This document shows positions 40,035-48,794 of a DNA stretch of 64,000 bases, piece after piece (the first letter of the stretch is position 1; every line of letters begins with the position of its first letter). Made by a program: the position numbers and the translations under genes. The stretch is from an uncultured Candidatus Binatia bacterium. GTDB taxonomy: Bacteria; Desulfobacterota; Binatia; UBA9968; JAJDTQ01. The stretch covers positions 640,001 through 704,000 of the forward strand of contig OZ243916.1 in NCBI GenBank assembly GCA_965213675.1, written 5' to 3'. The notes beneath the pieces were generated by a model. It was given only the letters and a program-made list of their open reading frames with translations. It was not told the origin of the DNA and ran no database searches.

Positions 40035-41378
40035 CTATCGGCTTGCGCCGAATGCCGCTGTCAAGTCGGAACGCTCCAAGGTTCCAGAAACGCCTTCATG
40101 GCTGCTGCCGTAGAAGCGGCCGTTCACGGTGCCAGCATCCCCGCCAGTGCTGCGCAAATAGTTCCCGCCAACCGTGATTGTGTAGCCGAGAGAGCCGGTG
40201 TTCCACTGAAGGCCGGTCCCAAGCACGCCCGGCCCCGATCCGGCGGCCCAGGACTGCAACTCGGTGAAGTCCCCGCGCCCGTCCATGGTGGCAAGATCGA
40301 CGGCGATACCGGCCTTGCCGGCAACCGGGTATAGCTCCGGCGTGAAACCCAGCAATTCACCGTTCCATGTCGCCGTTCCCCGGAGCGCGCGGTTGTCCGC
40401 AAGCACCGTCGCCGGGTCGCTGCCGTCCGTCCAAGGGACGCTAAGCCCGTTACGGTGGCGGACGCCCCAAGACATGCCGTAGAGAGTGTCAGAAAGCGTG
40501 ACTGCCTCCGTCTCCCACGGGCCGAGATTTTCCGCCGTCAAGTCTTCCGGTTGCAGCGCCGCCGCGCCAAGGCGCGTGAAAATCTTTCCCGCTGCGGCAA
40601 TGGCGGCAATATCAATCGGCCCAAGCTGCGTCACATTCCGCTTTGCTCGCGGCACATTCGCGCCAAGGAAGGAATCCGGGTATTTGTCGAGGTCTGCATG
40701 GCCAGTGGAACCTATCGCGTGTAGAAGCTCGTGAACCATGGTAAACATGGTGGAACGGTCGGCGGGAGAAAGATCGTTCAGCATATATATGCGGGCGTAT
40801 TTTCTGCCCGCTCTCGACCTCTCACCATCTTCGGTTACGGAATAGCGGTATCTTGCATACCCGTGGAATGCGGTCACATCATCGTCAGGATCGTGGGTTT
40901 CCCAATCTTCATGCGGAGCAAAATCAACGAATATCTGGCCGTCCGGCACCTCGGCCCACGGGGCCAGCGCCGGCGCGTCGGGGCCGATGCGGATATGGCG
41001 CTGATAGGGCAGTGCGCGGTTCACCATGGCGACGCCGTGCAGGATCATCGCGCGTTGATGATCGTCCGTCCCTTCCGCTATGCGCAGGGTTGCAGGCTCC
41101 CGGAAGACGGATAAGCCTGGACGGCTGTGGCTGTATTCCTCGCCACTCGCCGAAGGCCACGGCCCGCCGCTCGCAAAGACGCCCAGATAATCCAAGACTT
41201 CCGCAGCCGTCGGGCCGTCTGTTTCTGTGCCATAGCGGGCCGGATCGCCTTGCGGACGGGCTGGCGGGTCCATGCGCGGCGGCGGGTCCATCATCGTTTG
41301 CGGCCCCGATCCGCTTCCGCCTCCGCCGCAGGCGGCAAGCATGGACATGACGGTGGCGAGAATGGCGGCTATGCGCAT
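40035..41378 (-). CDS. Lipoprotein with a HExxH zinc-metallopeptidase motif and a TbpB-like C-terminal beta-barrel (cassette passenger)
   Basis: Lipobox MLAAC followed by a GGGGSGS linker; TMVHELLHAIG..GH; C-terminus ATWNGELLG...VNGRFYGSSHEGVSGTL...AAFGASR; GGAG RBS. Confidence 0.8.
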   Translation of the reverse strand: MRIAAILATVMSMLAACGGGGSGSGPQTMMDPPPRMDPPARPQGDPARYGTETDGPTAAEVLDYLGVFASGGPWPSASGEEYSHSRPGLSVFREPATLRIAEGTDDHQRAMILHGVAMVNRALPYQRHIRIGPDAPALAPWAEVPDGQIFVDFAPHEDWETHDPDDDVTAFHGYARYRYSVTEDGERSRAGRKYARIYMLNDLSPADRSTMFTMVHELLHAIGSTGHADLDKYPDSFLGANVPRAKRNVTQLGPIDIAAIAAAGKIFTRLGAAALQPEDLTAENLGPWETEAVTLSDTLYGMSWGVRHRNGLSVPWTDGSDPATVLADNRALRGTATWNGELLGFTPELYPVAGKAGIAVDLATMDGRGDFTELQSWAAGSGPGVLGTGLQWNTGSLGYTITVGGNYLRSTGGDAGTVNGRFYGSSHEGVSGTLERSDLTAAFGASR

Positions 41379-41647
41379 GTCGGTTCTCCGGTTTCGACGC
41401 AGACCCGACGGGTTGCCGCGCCGGTCGCCAAACAGTCATCGGTGCATGAGACTCCCGCGCTGTCCCGTGAACGGTCTTCTATAGCGCAGGCGGCCCGACA
41501 TAGGCCGCTTGCACCGATCTGTTTGGCGTGAAGGAAGTCTCCGCTTGCGCAGACAGGCGTGTCAAGCGGAGAGGATACCGACCCGAGCGTCGGGATCACC
41601 ACCACGACCTAACCTCCCGCTGGTCACTTTCGTATATAAGCCCCTTG

Positions 41648-42364
41648 CTAATGGTCCCGCAGCAGCTTGCCGTACCCGTTGATCTTGTCGTTCACTCCGG
41701 TCCGGCGCAGGGTTTCCCACAGGATGGCCTGTATGGCGATGACCACGTTGACGCCGAGCTCCCGCTCCAGGGGTTCGATGATTTCGATGATGCCCCAGTG
41801 TGGCGCGGGGATGTAGATGGTGTCGGCCTCGGGGTGCTCGCGGTAGAGGGCCTCGGCCAGGGCCTTGACCTCGTCCTGGGAGATGGTGGCGAGGTCGGCG
41901 ACGGTTTTGCGGGCGCCCTTGAACCCCAGCAGCTCGAAGCCGTAGTGGGTGACGTATTCGGCGTGGAAGCCCTCGGGGTCGGTGAAGGGGTGGATGAGCA
42001 CGAGCTTGTGGGCGTCCACGGCGCGCAGCGCGTTCACTTGCGCGGTGATGCTGGAGGTCACCGGCACGCCGATCTCCTCTTCGGTCTTGCGCAGGGTCTC
42101 CGCAAGCCCTTCATAGCCCAGGGAGAGGTTCAGCGGGACACCGCCGAAGACCATGATGTCGACTCCGGCCTTGCCCATGGCCCGGGCGGCCTCCAGGGTC
42201 ATTTCGACGCTGCGAGTCGTTTCCTCCTCGGTGAGCTGCTTGATGGCCAGGGTGGTCAGGACCAGCGTGACGCCCTCCGGCGCCATCTTGTAGAACTCGT
42301 AGGGGAAGGTCTCCGTCAGATAGGGAGGGGACGTGTATCCGATGCGGGCGCGGTATCCGTACAT
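41648..42364 (-). CDS. Asp/Glu racemase / maleate isomerase / arylmalonate decarboxylase-like protein lacking cysteines
   Basis: RARIGYTSP, GVPVTSS, LERELGVNVV, GYGKLL; GAGGAGG RBS. Confidence 0.8.
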   Translation of the reverse strand: MYGYRARIGYTSPPYLTETFPYEFYKMAPEGVTLVLTTLAIKQLTEEETTRSVEMTLEAARAMGKAGVDIMVFGGVPLNLSLGYEGLAETLRKTEEEIGVPVTSSITAQVNALRAVDAHKLVLIHPFTDPEGFHAEYVTHYGFELLGFKGARKTVADLATISQDEVKALAEALYREHPEADTIYIPAPHWGIIEIIEPLERELGVNVVIAIQAILWETLRRTGVNDKINGYGKLLRDH

Positions 42365-42415
42365 GGCAGGGCCTCCTCGAGCGGTTTCGTGTTCTGAGTC
42401 CGCAGGCGAACCTGG

Positions 42416-42730
42416 GAGCCTGTCGGGTTCATCAAGAATCTAGTGTGGTGTCTGGTTAATACGCGTCATAATCTGCGGGTCTTTTTCGCCGTCGGCTGCG
42501 TGGCTCTTCCTCGCGTGGTACCCGCCACTGCTCGTCATCGCGCCTTGCCGACGACAAAAAATCCTCCGCAGATTATGACGCGTATTAACCAGACACCACA
42601 CTACTGCGAAACAGGGAAATGGGTCCATTTCGGTTGGATTTTCGTCCAATATTACCGATATTCTCCTCAAATCCGCCCGAAACCAGCCTTTCTCTGCCTC
42701 TCGCTACGATTCGATAAACCCGACAGGCTC
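42416..42730. mobile_element. MITE-like element, family B, interrupted by a nested family A element
   Basis: CTGG-GAGCCTGTCGGGTT...AACCCGACAGGCTC-CTGG; homologous to 44677-44836. Confidence 0.85.
42441..42603. mobile_element. MITE-like element, family A copy 2 (perfect 38-bp inverted ends, TA duplication; IS630-like behaviour)
   Basis: TAGTGTGGTGTCTGGTTAATACGCGTCATAATCTGCGG (42441-42478) is exactly inverted at 42566-42603. Confidence 0.9.
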
Positions 42731-42839
42731 CTGGGTGACTATCCGTTCGGTTTCGCGCATTGTGCGCCTCACATGATTGCGACTTCGTCTCGTTGCGTGG
42801 CGGCTACCATGGGAAGGCCTCATCCGTACCGCCAGGTTC

Positions 42840-43730
42840 CTACGTCAGATTTCTCGTTTTCGGGTCCAGGAAGTCCCGCAGCCAGTCCCCCAGAAGGTTG
42901 ATGGACAGCACCACCAGCACCAGCGCCATCCCGGGGAAGAACGACAGCCACCACGCGGTGGTGATGTGGGAGCGTCCGTCCGCGATCATGGCGCCCCACG
43001 ACGGCGTCGGCGGAGGGATGCCGGCGCCCAGGAAGCTCAACGACGCCTCCACGATGATGACCCAGCCCACCTGCAGGGTCGCCAGCACCACCAGCGGGTT
43101 CACGATGTTGGGAAAGATATGGCGCTGCAGGATGCGAAACGAGGAACAGCCCGCCACCCGCGCCAGCGCCACGAACTCGCGCTCCTTCCAGGTCAGCACC
43201 TCGCCGCGCACCAGTCGCGCGAAGCGCGCCCACATGACCAGTCCCAGCACCAGGATGAGGTTGCGGAAGCTCGGGCCGAACACCACCGCGAAGAGCAGCG
43301 CGATGAGGATGATGGGCAGGGACAGCATGGCGTCGGTGGCGCGCATGATGAGGGTGTCGGTCCAGCGCCCGTAGTAGCCGGAGATGAGCCCCAGCAGGGT
43401 GCCGATGACCCCGCCCACCAGCACGGCCGCCAGGCCCGCGGCGATGGAGATGCGCCCGCCGTGGATGATGCGGCTGGTGATGTCGCGCCCCAGGCGGTCG
43501 GTGCCCAGAGGATGGGCCAGGGTGCCGCCTTCCTGCCAGAAGGGCGGCAGCAGACGCGCTCTCAGGGCGATCCTGTTGGGCGGGTAGGGGGCCACGAGGT
43601 CGGCCAGGATGCCCAGTGCGCCGAAGGTGATGAGGATCGCCAGCGGCAGCATCAGCAGCTTCCGCCCGCGGGCACGTACCGAGGCCGGGGCCTCACGGTC
43701 CACGGGTGCAGCGATGCCGGCGTCAGCCAT
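42840..43730 (-). CDS. Peptide ABC transporter permease (OppC/DppC-like)
   Basis: HPLGTDRLGRD, EFVALARVAG (EAA loop), EASLSFLGAG, NLLGDWLRDFLDP. Confidence 0.93.
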   Translation of the reverse strand: MADAGIAAPVDREAPASVRARGRKLLMLPLAILITFGALGILADLVAPYPPNRIALRARLLPPFWQEGGTLAHPLGTDRLGRDITSRIIHGGRISIAAGLAAVLVGGVIGTLLGLISGYYGRWTDTLIMRATDAMLSLPIILIALLFAVVFGPSFRNLILVLGLVMWARFARLVRGEVLTWKEREFVALARVAGCSSFRILQRHIFPNIVNPLVVLATLQVGWVIIVEASLSFLGAGIPPPTPSWGAMIADGRSHITTAWWLSFFPGMALVLVVLSINLLGDWLRDFLDPKTRNLT

Positions 43731-44646
43731 AACGGATCCTGGGATCGATGTAGGCGTACAGGATGTCCACCACGAGGTTGGCCGACAGGATGATGGCGGA
43801 CACCAGCAGCACCACCCCCTGGATCACCGGGTAGTCGCGCCACTGCACCGCCTCGTAGGCCAGCCGGCCGATGCCGGGCCAGGCGAACACGGTTTCCACC
43901 ACCACGCTCCCCGCCATGAGAATGCCGAAGTAGAACCCGACGAAGGTCACCACCGGGATCATGGCGTTGCGGAACGCGTGCTTCCAGGTCACCGCCGACT
44001 CCGCCAACCCCTTGATGCGCGCGAACTTGACGTATTCGCTGTCCAGCACGTCGAGCATGGAGCCGCGCAGCAGCCGCACGACTCCCGCCAGCATGAAGCC
44101 GAAGAGCCCCAGCGTGACCGCCGGAAGCACGTACGAGGCCACGCCTTCCTTGCGCCCCGCGGGCAGGATGTCCAGGTTCACGGCGAAGATGGAGATGAGC
44201 ACGATGCCCGCCCAGAAGGTGGGCACGGACTGGCCGAAGAGGGCCACGGTGCGCGCGCCCACGTCCCATGGGCCGCCCTTGCGCGTGGCCGCGACGACTC
44301 CCAGCGGCACGGCCAGCAGCAGCGCCATGCCGACGGAAACGCACACCAGCTTCAGCGTGTTGGGCAGGCGTTGGCCGATGAGTTCCGCCACGGGCTTGCG
44401 GGTGCGGATGGAGGTGCCCATGTCGCCCCGCAGCAGTTGGCGCACGAACAGCGCGTACTGCACGTAGGCTGGCCGGTGGAGCCCAAGCTCCCGGCCCATT
44501 TCGTCGCGCAGCTCCGGCGACGCGTCGATGGGCAACATCACGTCCAGCGGATTTCCGGTTAGCCGCGCCAGGGCGAACACCAGCAGGCTGATGACCAGGA
44601 GCGTCACGAGGCACTGGATCAGCCTGCCGGCGATGTAGCGTTGCAT
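43723..44646 (-). CDS. Peptide ABC transporter permease (OppB/DppB-like)
   Basis: MQRYIAGRL, GDMGTS, YVKFARIKG, VETVFAWPGIG, RDYPVIQG, DPRIR. Confidence 0.93.
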   Translation of the reverse strand: MQRYIAGRLIQCLVTLLVISLLVFALARLTGNPLDVMLPIDASPELRDEMGRELGLHRPAYVQYALFVRQLLRGDMGTSIRTRKPVAELIGQRLPNTLKLVCVSVGMALLLAVPLGVVAATRKGGPWDVGARTVALFGQSVPTFWAGIVLISIFAVNLDILPAGRKEGVASYVLPAVTLGLFGFMLAGVVRLLRGSMLDVLDSEYVKFARIKGLAESAVTWKHAFRNAMIPVVTFVGFYFGILMAGSVVVETVFAWPGIGRLAYEAVQWRDYPVIQGVVLLVSAIILSANLVVDILYAYIDPRIRYG

Positions 44647-44676
44647 GAGTTGCGGCGCGAGGGATGACGACGCCAG

Positions 44677-44836
44677 GAGCTTGTCAGGTCTATCCGGAAT
44701 CCACTGCGAGGCATGGGAATGGGTCCAGTCTCCGGTCGGATTTTCGTCAAATATGACCCATGTCATCCTCAAATCCGCCCGAAACCGGCCTCCGTTCCCC
44801 GGCCTCTCGCTACGATTCGATCAACCCGACAGGCTC
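44677..44836. mobile_element. MITE-like element, family B, uninterrupted copy (160 bp)
   Basis: CCAG-GAGCTTGTCAGGT...AACCCGACAGGCTC-CTGG; shares TCCTCAAATCCGCCCGAAACC and CCTCTCGCTACGATTCGAT with the 42416 copy. Confidence 0.85.
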
Positions 44837-44848
44837 CTGGCGGCGGGG

Positions 44849-46450
44849 CTATGGCTTCGCCGGGGTCGCGGTCGCCAGACTCGGTTCGATGTAGCCCCGG
44901 TGCGGTCGTACGCTGATGCTGTCCACGCCGTTGCCGTATCCCCAAAGGATGCCGTTGACGTCGGCGATGGGGATGCCGCGGTAATCGCCGTGCAGGATCT
45001 TGTAGGCCTTCCGAACCTGCGCCGCAATGCCGTCGATGGTGGCTTCGCCCGCCGCCTGCTTGGCGAGGTCGTCGACGTTGTTGGCCATCTTGACGATCCT
45101 GCCGGCCGAAGACCACCAGATGCGCAGGTCATCGGAGCCGTTGAGGCGTCCGGTGGTGGCGAAGACGCCGGCCTGACCCACGATCTCCGGCGATTGCGGG
45201 TTGGCGATGTAGAACGGGCGGAAAGCGCCGATGTCCGTGGGCACGATGCTCGTCTTGACGCCCACGGCCTCCCAGTAGCCGGCTACGATCTCGGCAAGTT
45301 GCAGGTATTGCGTAAAGCCGCCCGTGGACAGCGCGAACAGTTTGACCTGCAAGCTGCTGTGTCCGGCCTCGGCGAGCAGTTGGGCCGCCTTGGCGGGATC
45401 GAACGGATACGGCTCGAGGTCCTTGGGAAAGCCGATGGAAATGGGCGAGATGGGAAACACGGCGGCGGGCCTGGCCTTGCCGTGGAACAGCGTCTCGACG
45501 ATCTCCTTCCTGTCGATGGCCAGGTTCAGGGCCTGGCGCACCCGGGCGTCCTTCAGGGGCCCCGCCTCGTCGTAGTAGGTGGCGTAGAGGTGAATGCGCA
45601 CGGACGTGGGCTGGGGGTCCTCGGCGATCTTGAACCCCGCTTGGGTGACCTCGGGAACCTCGTCCAGGGAAATGCGCGCCACGTCCACCTGAGCGGTCTT
45701 GAGCATGGCCACCCGCGTGGAGGCCTCGGGCACCAGCACGGTGCGGAGACGGTCGAACCCGGGTGATGCGCGCCAGTGGTCCTTCACCGCCTCGAACTCG
45801 ATGAAGTTGCCCACTTCGTGCTCAACGAACTTCCAGGCGCCGGTGCCCACCGGCTTCCGGGCGAAGCCGTCCCAGCCGACCTTCTGGATGTAGGCCTTGG
45901 GCAGCACGATGCCCTCGATGCCGGGTTGGTTGGCCAGGTCATAGGGCAGTGTGGGCCATGGCTTGGCCGTGACGATCCTCACGGTGTGGCTGTCGACGAC
46001 CTGCACTTCCTTGATGCCCGTGCGAAACTGTTTCACACGGGAACTCTTGGCCTTGGGGCGGCGGAACCCCTCCATGAGGGTGAACTGCAGGTCCTCGGCC
46101 GTCATCTCGCTGCCATCGTGGAACCTGACCCCGGTTCTGAGCTTGAACGTCCAGGAAAGCCCGTCCCCGGCCGGCTCCCAGCTCAACGCCAGGCCCGGCG
46201 TGAGATTGCCGGCGGCGTCCACTTCGGTGAGCCAGTCCCACAGCGGCCCCACCAGCCCGAGAGAGGCGCTGATGGAGGTGCGGGTGGGGTCCATGGACTC
46301 CTCGCCGAAGTTGCCCGCGGCGTAGCGCAGCGTCGTGGCCTCGGCCGCGTGGGCGACCGATCCCGTCATGAGATGCGGGGCTTGCCAGAGCGCGGCCGAT
46401 AGAGCCAATGGAAGCGCGAGAACCAGGTAGCGAAGGAAACGTTTCGACAT
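44849..46450 (-). CDS. Peptide ABC transporter substrate-binding protein (family 5, OppA/DppA-like)
   Basis: Signal peptide, PGLALSW, FKLRTGVRFHDG, PVGTGAW, VRQALNLAIDR; GGAGG RBS. Confidence 0.92.
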   Translation of the reverse strand: MSKRFLRYLVLALPLALSAALWQAPHLMTGSVAHAAEATTLRYAAGNFGEESMDPTRTSISASLGLVGPLWDWLTEVDAAGNLTPGLALSWEPAGDGLSWTFKLRTGVRFHDGSEMTAEDLQFTLMEGFRRPKAKSSRVKQFRTGIKEVQVVDSHTVRIVTAKPWPTLPYDLANQPGIEGIVLPKAYIQKVGWDGFARKPVGTGAWKFVEHEVGNFIEFEAVKDHWRASPGFDRLRTVLVPEASTRVAMLKTAQVDVARISLDEVPEVTQAGFKIAEDPQPTSVRIHLYATYYDEAGPLKDARVRQALNLAIDRKEIVETLFHGKARPAAVFPISPISIGFPKDLEPYPFDPAKAAQLLAEAGHSSLQVKLFALSTGGFTQYLQLAEIVAGYWEAVGVKTSIVPTDIGAFRPFYIANPQSPEIVGQAGVFATTGRLNGSDDLRIWWSSAGRIVKMANNVDDLAKQAAGEATIDGIAAQVRKAYKILHGDYRGIPIADVNGILWGYGNGVDSISVRPHRGYIEPSLATATPAKP

Positions 46451-46673
46451 GGCAAATCCCTCCTGCTGCCAAAACCCTTGTACAGCCTTTGTCCTTGTAC
46501 AGGCCTTGTCGTCCGGGCCGACCCCGGCACGCCCGCACATTACTCCGGGTGGAGTTCCAAGTGCAAGACTACCCGACACGGGCTCGTTTTGACTCCCCGC
46601 CGGGGTCTCGGCTATCCTGCGGTGGTCCCGGCCGAGGGCAGCACGTTTGCCATTCCGTCAGGCCTTTGCCGTC

Positions 46674-47417
46674 ATGCAGTTCGATTCCCTTTTGATCATC
46701 TTCGTCGCCCTGGGCGCGGGCGCCTTCTCGAAAGGCGCCACGGGGATGGGGCTGCCGCTCATCGCGGTTCCCATCATGGCCGGGTTCCTGGGAGCGCAAC
46801 AGGCGGTCATCGTCATCACCGTTCCCAACATGGTCAGCAACTTCTGGGTCATGTGGTCCTACCGCTCCAGGTTCCAGGCCGTGCCCGGGCTCGTCTCCGC
46901 GACCGTGGCCGGGGCCCTGGGCGTGGCGGCCGGCACATGGTTCCTGGCGACCTCCGAGGAGCGCCTCCTCACCCTGGTGCTGGCGGTGTGCGTGGGCTCG
47001 TACCTGGTCCTGCTCGCTTTCAGGATCGAATTGCGTTTCACCGGCCGGCAGGGCCGCGTGCTCTCTCCCCTCATCGCGGCGGCCGCCGGAGTCTCCCAGG
47101 GCGCCGCGGGCATGTCCAGTGCCGTGGTGGCCGCATGGGTGCGCGCGTTCGACCTGGAGAAGGAGGGATACATCTTCGCCGCGTCCACCATGTTTCTCGG
47201 CCTCACCATCACCCACTTCGTTTTCGTGCTGGCCGCGGGCCTGTTCGACAGGGTGCTCTTGGGCCAGTCCGTGCTCGCGCTCGTACCCATCGCCCTGTTT
47301 CTGCCCCTGGGCATGCGCGTGACCCCGCACATCAGCCGCGAGTGGTTCAACCGCGTCATCGTCACCCTGATCGTCGTGATGGAACTGAAGCTCGTATGGC
47401 AGGGACTGACGGGATAG
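46674..47417 (+). CDS. TauE/SafE (TSUP) family exporter
   Basis: About 8 TM segments, KGATGMGLPLIAVP, SQGAAG. Confidence 0.8.
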   Translation: MQFDSLLIIFVALGAGAFSKGATGMGLPLIAVPIMAGFLGAQQAVIVITVPNMVSNFWVMWSYRSRFQAVPGLVSATVAGALGVAAGTWFLATSEERLLTLVLAVCVGSYLVLLAFRIELRFTGRQGRVLSPLIAAAAGVSQGAAGMSSAVVAAWVRAFDLEKEGYIFAASTMFLGLTITHFVFVLAAGLFDRVLLGQSVLALVPIALFLPLGMRVTPHISREWFNRVIVTLIVVMELKLVWQGLTG

Positions 47418-47571
47418 CAGACGCCCAGCCAAGGCGTTGTCAGTGAGGCACGGACCGCACCGGCGTCGCTGGCAAGCAGGTGGTTGCCCGTGGAACCGGC
47501 CGGCCTGGACGGCGGAAATCCGGCGCTGGTGGGTGGCGTGGGCAAGGAACGCGGCGCAGGCTCCTGGGGCA

Positions 47572-48528
47572 TCAACCTGGCAGGTGCGCGGTCTCCGGCA
47601 GTCCCAGCATGAGGTTCAGGTTCTGGATGGCCACGCCGCTGGCGCCCTTGCCCAGGTTGTCGAGCAGCGCCACGAGCAGCGTGTGGCCGGAAGGGTGGGG
47701 CACGACGTGAAGCTCCATGCGGTTGGTGTCGTTGCACGCCCGCGGGTCGAAGCTTCGCTCGTGAGCGTCGCGCGGGTCCGGATGATGGAGTACCCGGACG
47801 AAGGGTTCGCCCTCGTGGCGCGCCCGCAGACATTCCAGGATCGCCGCGCTGTTCACGCCCATGGGCAAGTTTCCGAGGGGAATGGGCACCTCCACCCGCA
47901 TGCCGCAGCGGAACGGCCCCACCGCCGGCACGAACTGCGGCTCCGCGGTGAGGCCGCTGTACGCCATCATCTCCGGGATGTGCTTGTGGCGCGCTCCCAG
48001 GGCATAGGGCGCCTCGTAGGGCAGGGAGGCGAGTCCCTGCCCGGGGCTCTCCCATTTGTCGATCAGTCCGCGCCCGCCGCCGGAATAGCCGGACAGGGCG
48101 TGGATGGAGATCGGGGTATCGTGAGGCAGCAGCCCCGCGTCCACCAGAGGCCGGGTCAAGAGGATGAAAGCCGAGGGGTAACAACCGGGGTTGGCTACGA
48201 AACGGGCCTCGCGAATGGCCGCGCGCCGTGGGGCATCTAGTTCCGGCAGCCCGTAGACCCATCCCTCCGCGGTCCGGTGGGCCGTGCTGGCGTCGATTAC
48301 CCGGGCGCCGCATGCTGCTGCCCAATGGGCTGCTTCCCGGGCGGCTTCGTCCGGCAGGCACAGCACCGTCAGGTCCGCCGCCTCCATGGCCGCGCGCCGG
48401 GCCGCCGCGTCCTTGCGCCGGTCCTGGTCCAGCGTGGACACCTCGATGTCCGTCCGGTCCGCAAGCCAGTCGCGTATGCGCAGCCCCGTGGTGCCCACAT
48501 GGCCGTCTATGTACACTCTGGGAAGCAC
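47572..48528 (-). CDS. argC: N-acetyl-gamma-glutamyl-phosphate reductase (type 2)
   Basis: YIDGHVGTTGL, IDASTAHR, ANPGCY, SGYSGGG, LDNLGKGASG. Confidence 0.95.
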   Translation of the reverse strand: MLPRVYIDGHVGTTGLRIRDWLADRTDIEVSTLDQDRRKDAAARRAAMEAADLTVLCLPDEAAREAAHWAAACGARVIDASTAHRTAEGWVYGLPELDAPRRAAIREARFVANPGCYPSAFILLTRPLVDAGLLPHDTPISIHALSGYSGGGRGLIDKWESPGQGLASLPYEAPYALGARHKHIPEMMAYSGLTAEPQFVPAVGPFRCGMRVEVPIPLGNLPMGVNSAAILECLRARHEGEPFVRVLHHPDPRDAHERSFDPRACNDTNRMELHVVPHPSGHTLLVALLDNLGKGASGVAIQNLNLMLGLPETAHLPG

Positions 48529-48794
48529 AGCGCCCTCCTCCGTACGTTTTCAAGATGGAATCTAACAGAAACCGTTGCGCTTGGGGAAAGCCCGCAGTGC
48601 GGCAGCGCCTGCAAGGACGCCGCGCCGGCCGGGAACCTGAGAGCGTGAGACCAAGGCTTCGTGTCCGTATCCCGGGCGAACCGCCGGGCACTGCGGTTTA
48701 CGCTCCCTTCCGGAATTGTTAATTTCCTTGTCCATCGATCGCGGTCCCGCTCGGCGGTGCCACCGCGATCATCAACGATTCAAGGAGGACTGAA

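Larger units (their letters stand above)
39531..41644. mobile_element. Non-autonomous IS1595-family (ISNwi1-like ends) passenger cassette, 2114 bp, no transposase
   Basis: TIRs GGAGATTATATACGAAAGTGACCA (39531-39554) and TGGTCACTTTCGTATATAAGCCCC (41621-41644), 22/24 match; perfect 8-bp direct repeat TTGCTAAT at 39523-39530 and 41645-41652. Confidence 0.9.

Noticed and set aside
41369-41605. 78-aa ORF at the cassette end as a transposase remnant
   Set aside because: No zinc-ribbon or DDE motifs; more likely promoter or leader DNA of the lipoprotein gene.
42440-42901. ORFs 42440..42670 and 42443..42901 sharing the peptides WCLVNTRHNLR and QIMTRINQTPH
   Set aside because: Artifacts of translating the perfect inverted repeats of the nested MITE.
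42416-44836. Composite transposon formed by two family B MITEs around the oppBC-like genes
   Set aside because: Each copy has its own tetramer flanks, the copies are diverged, and the enclosed genes continue an operon with the oppA-like gene outside.
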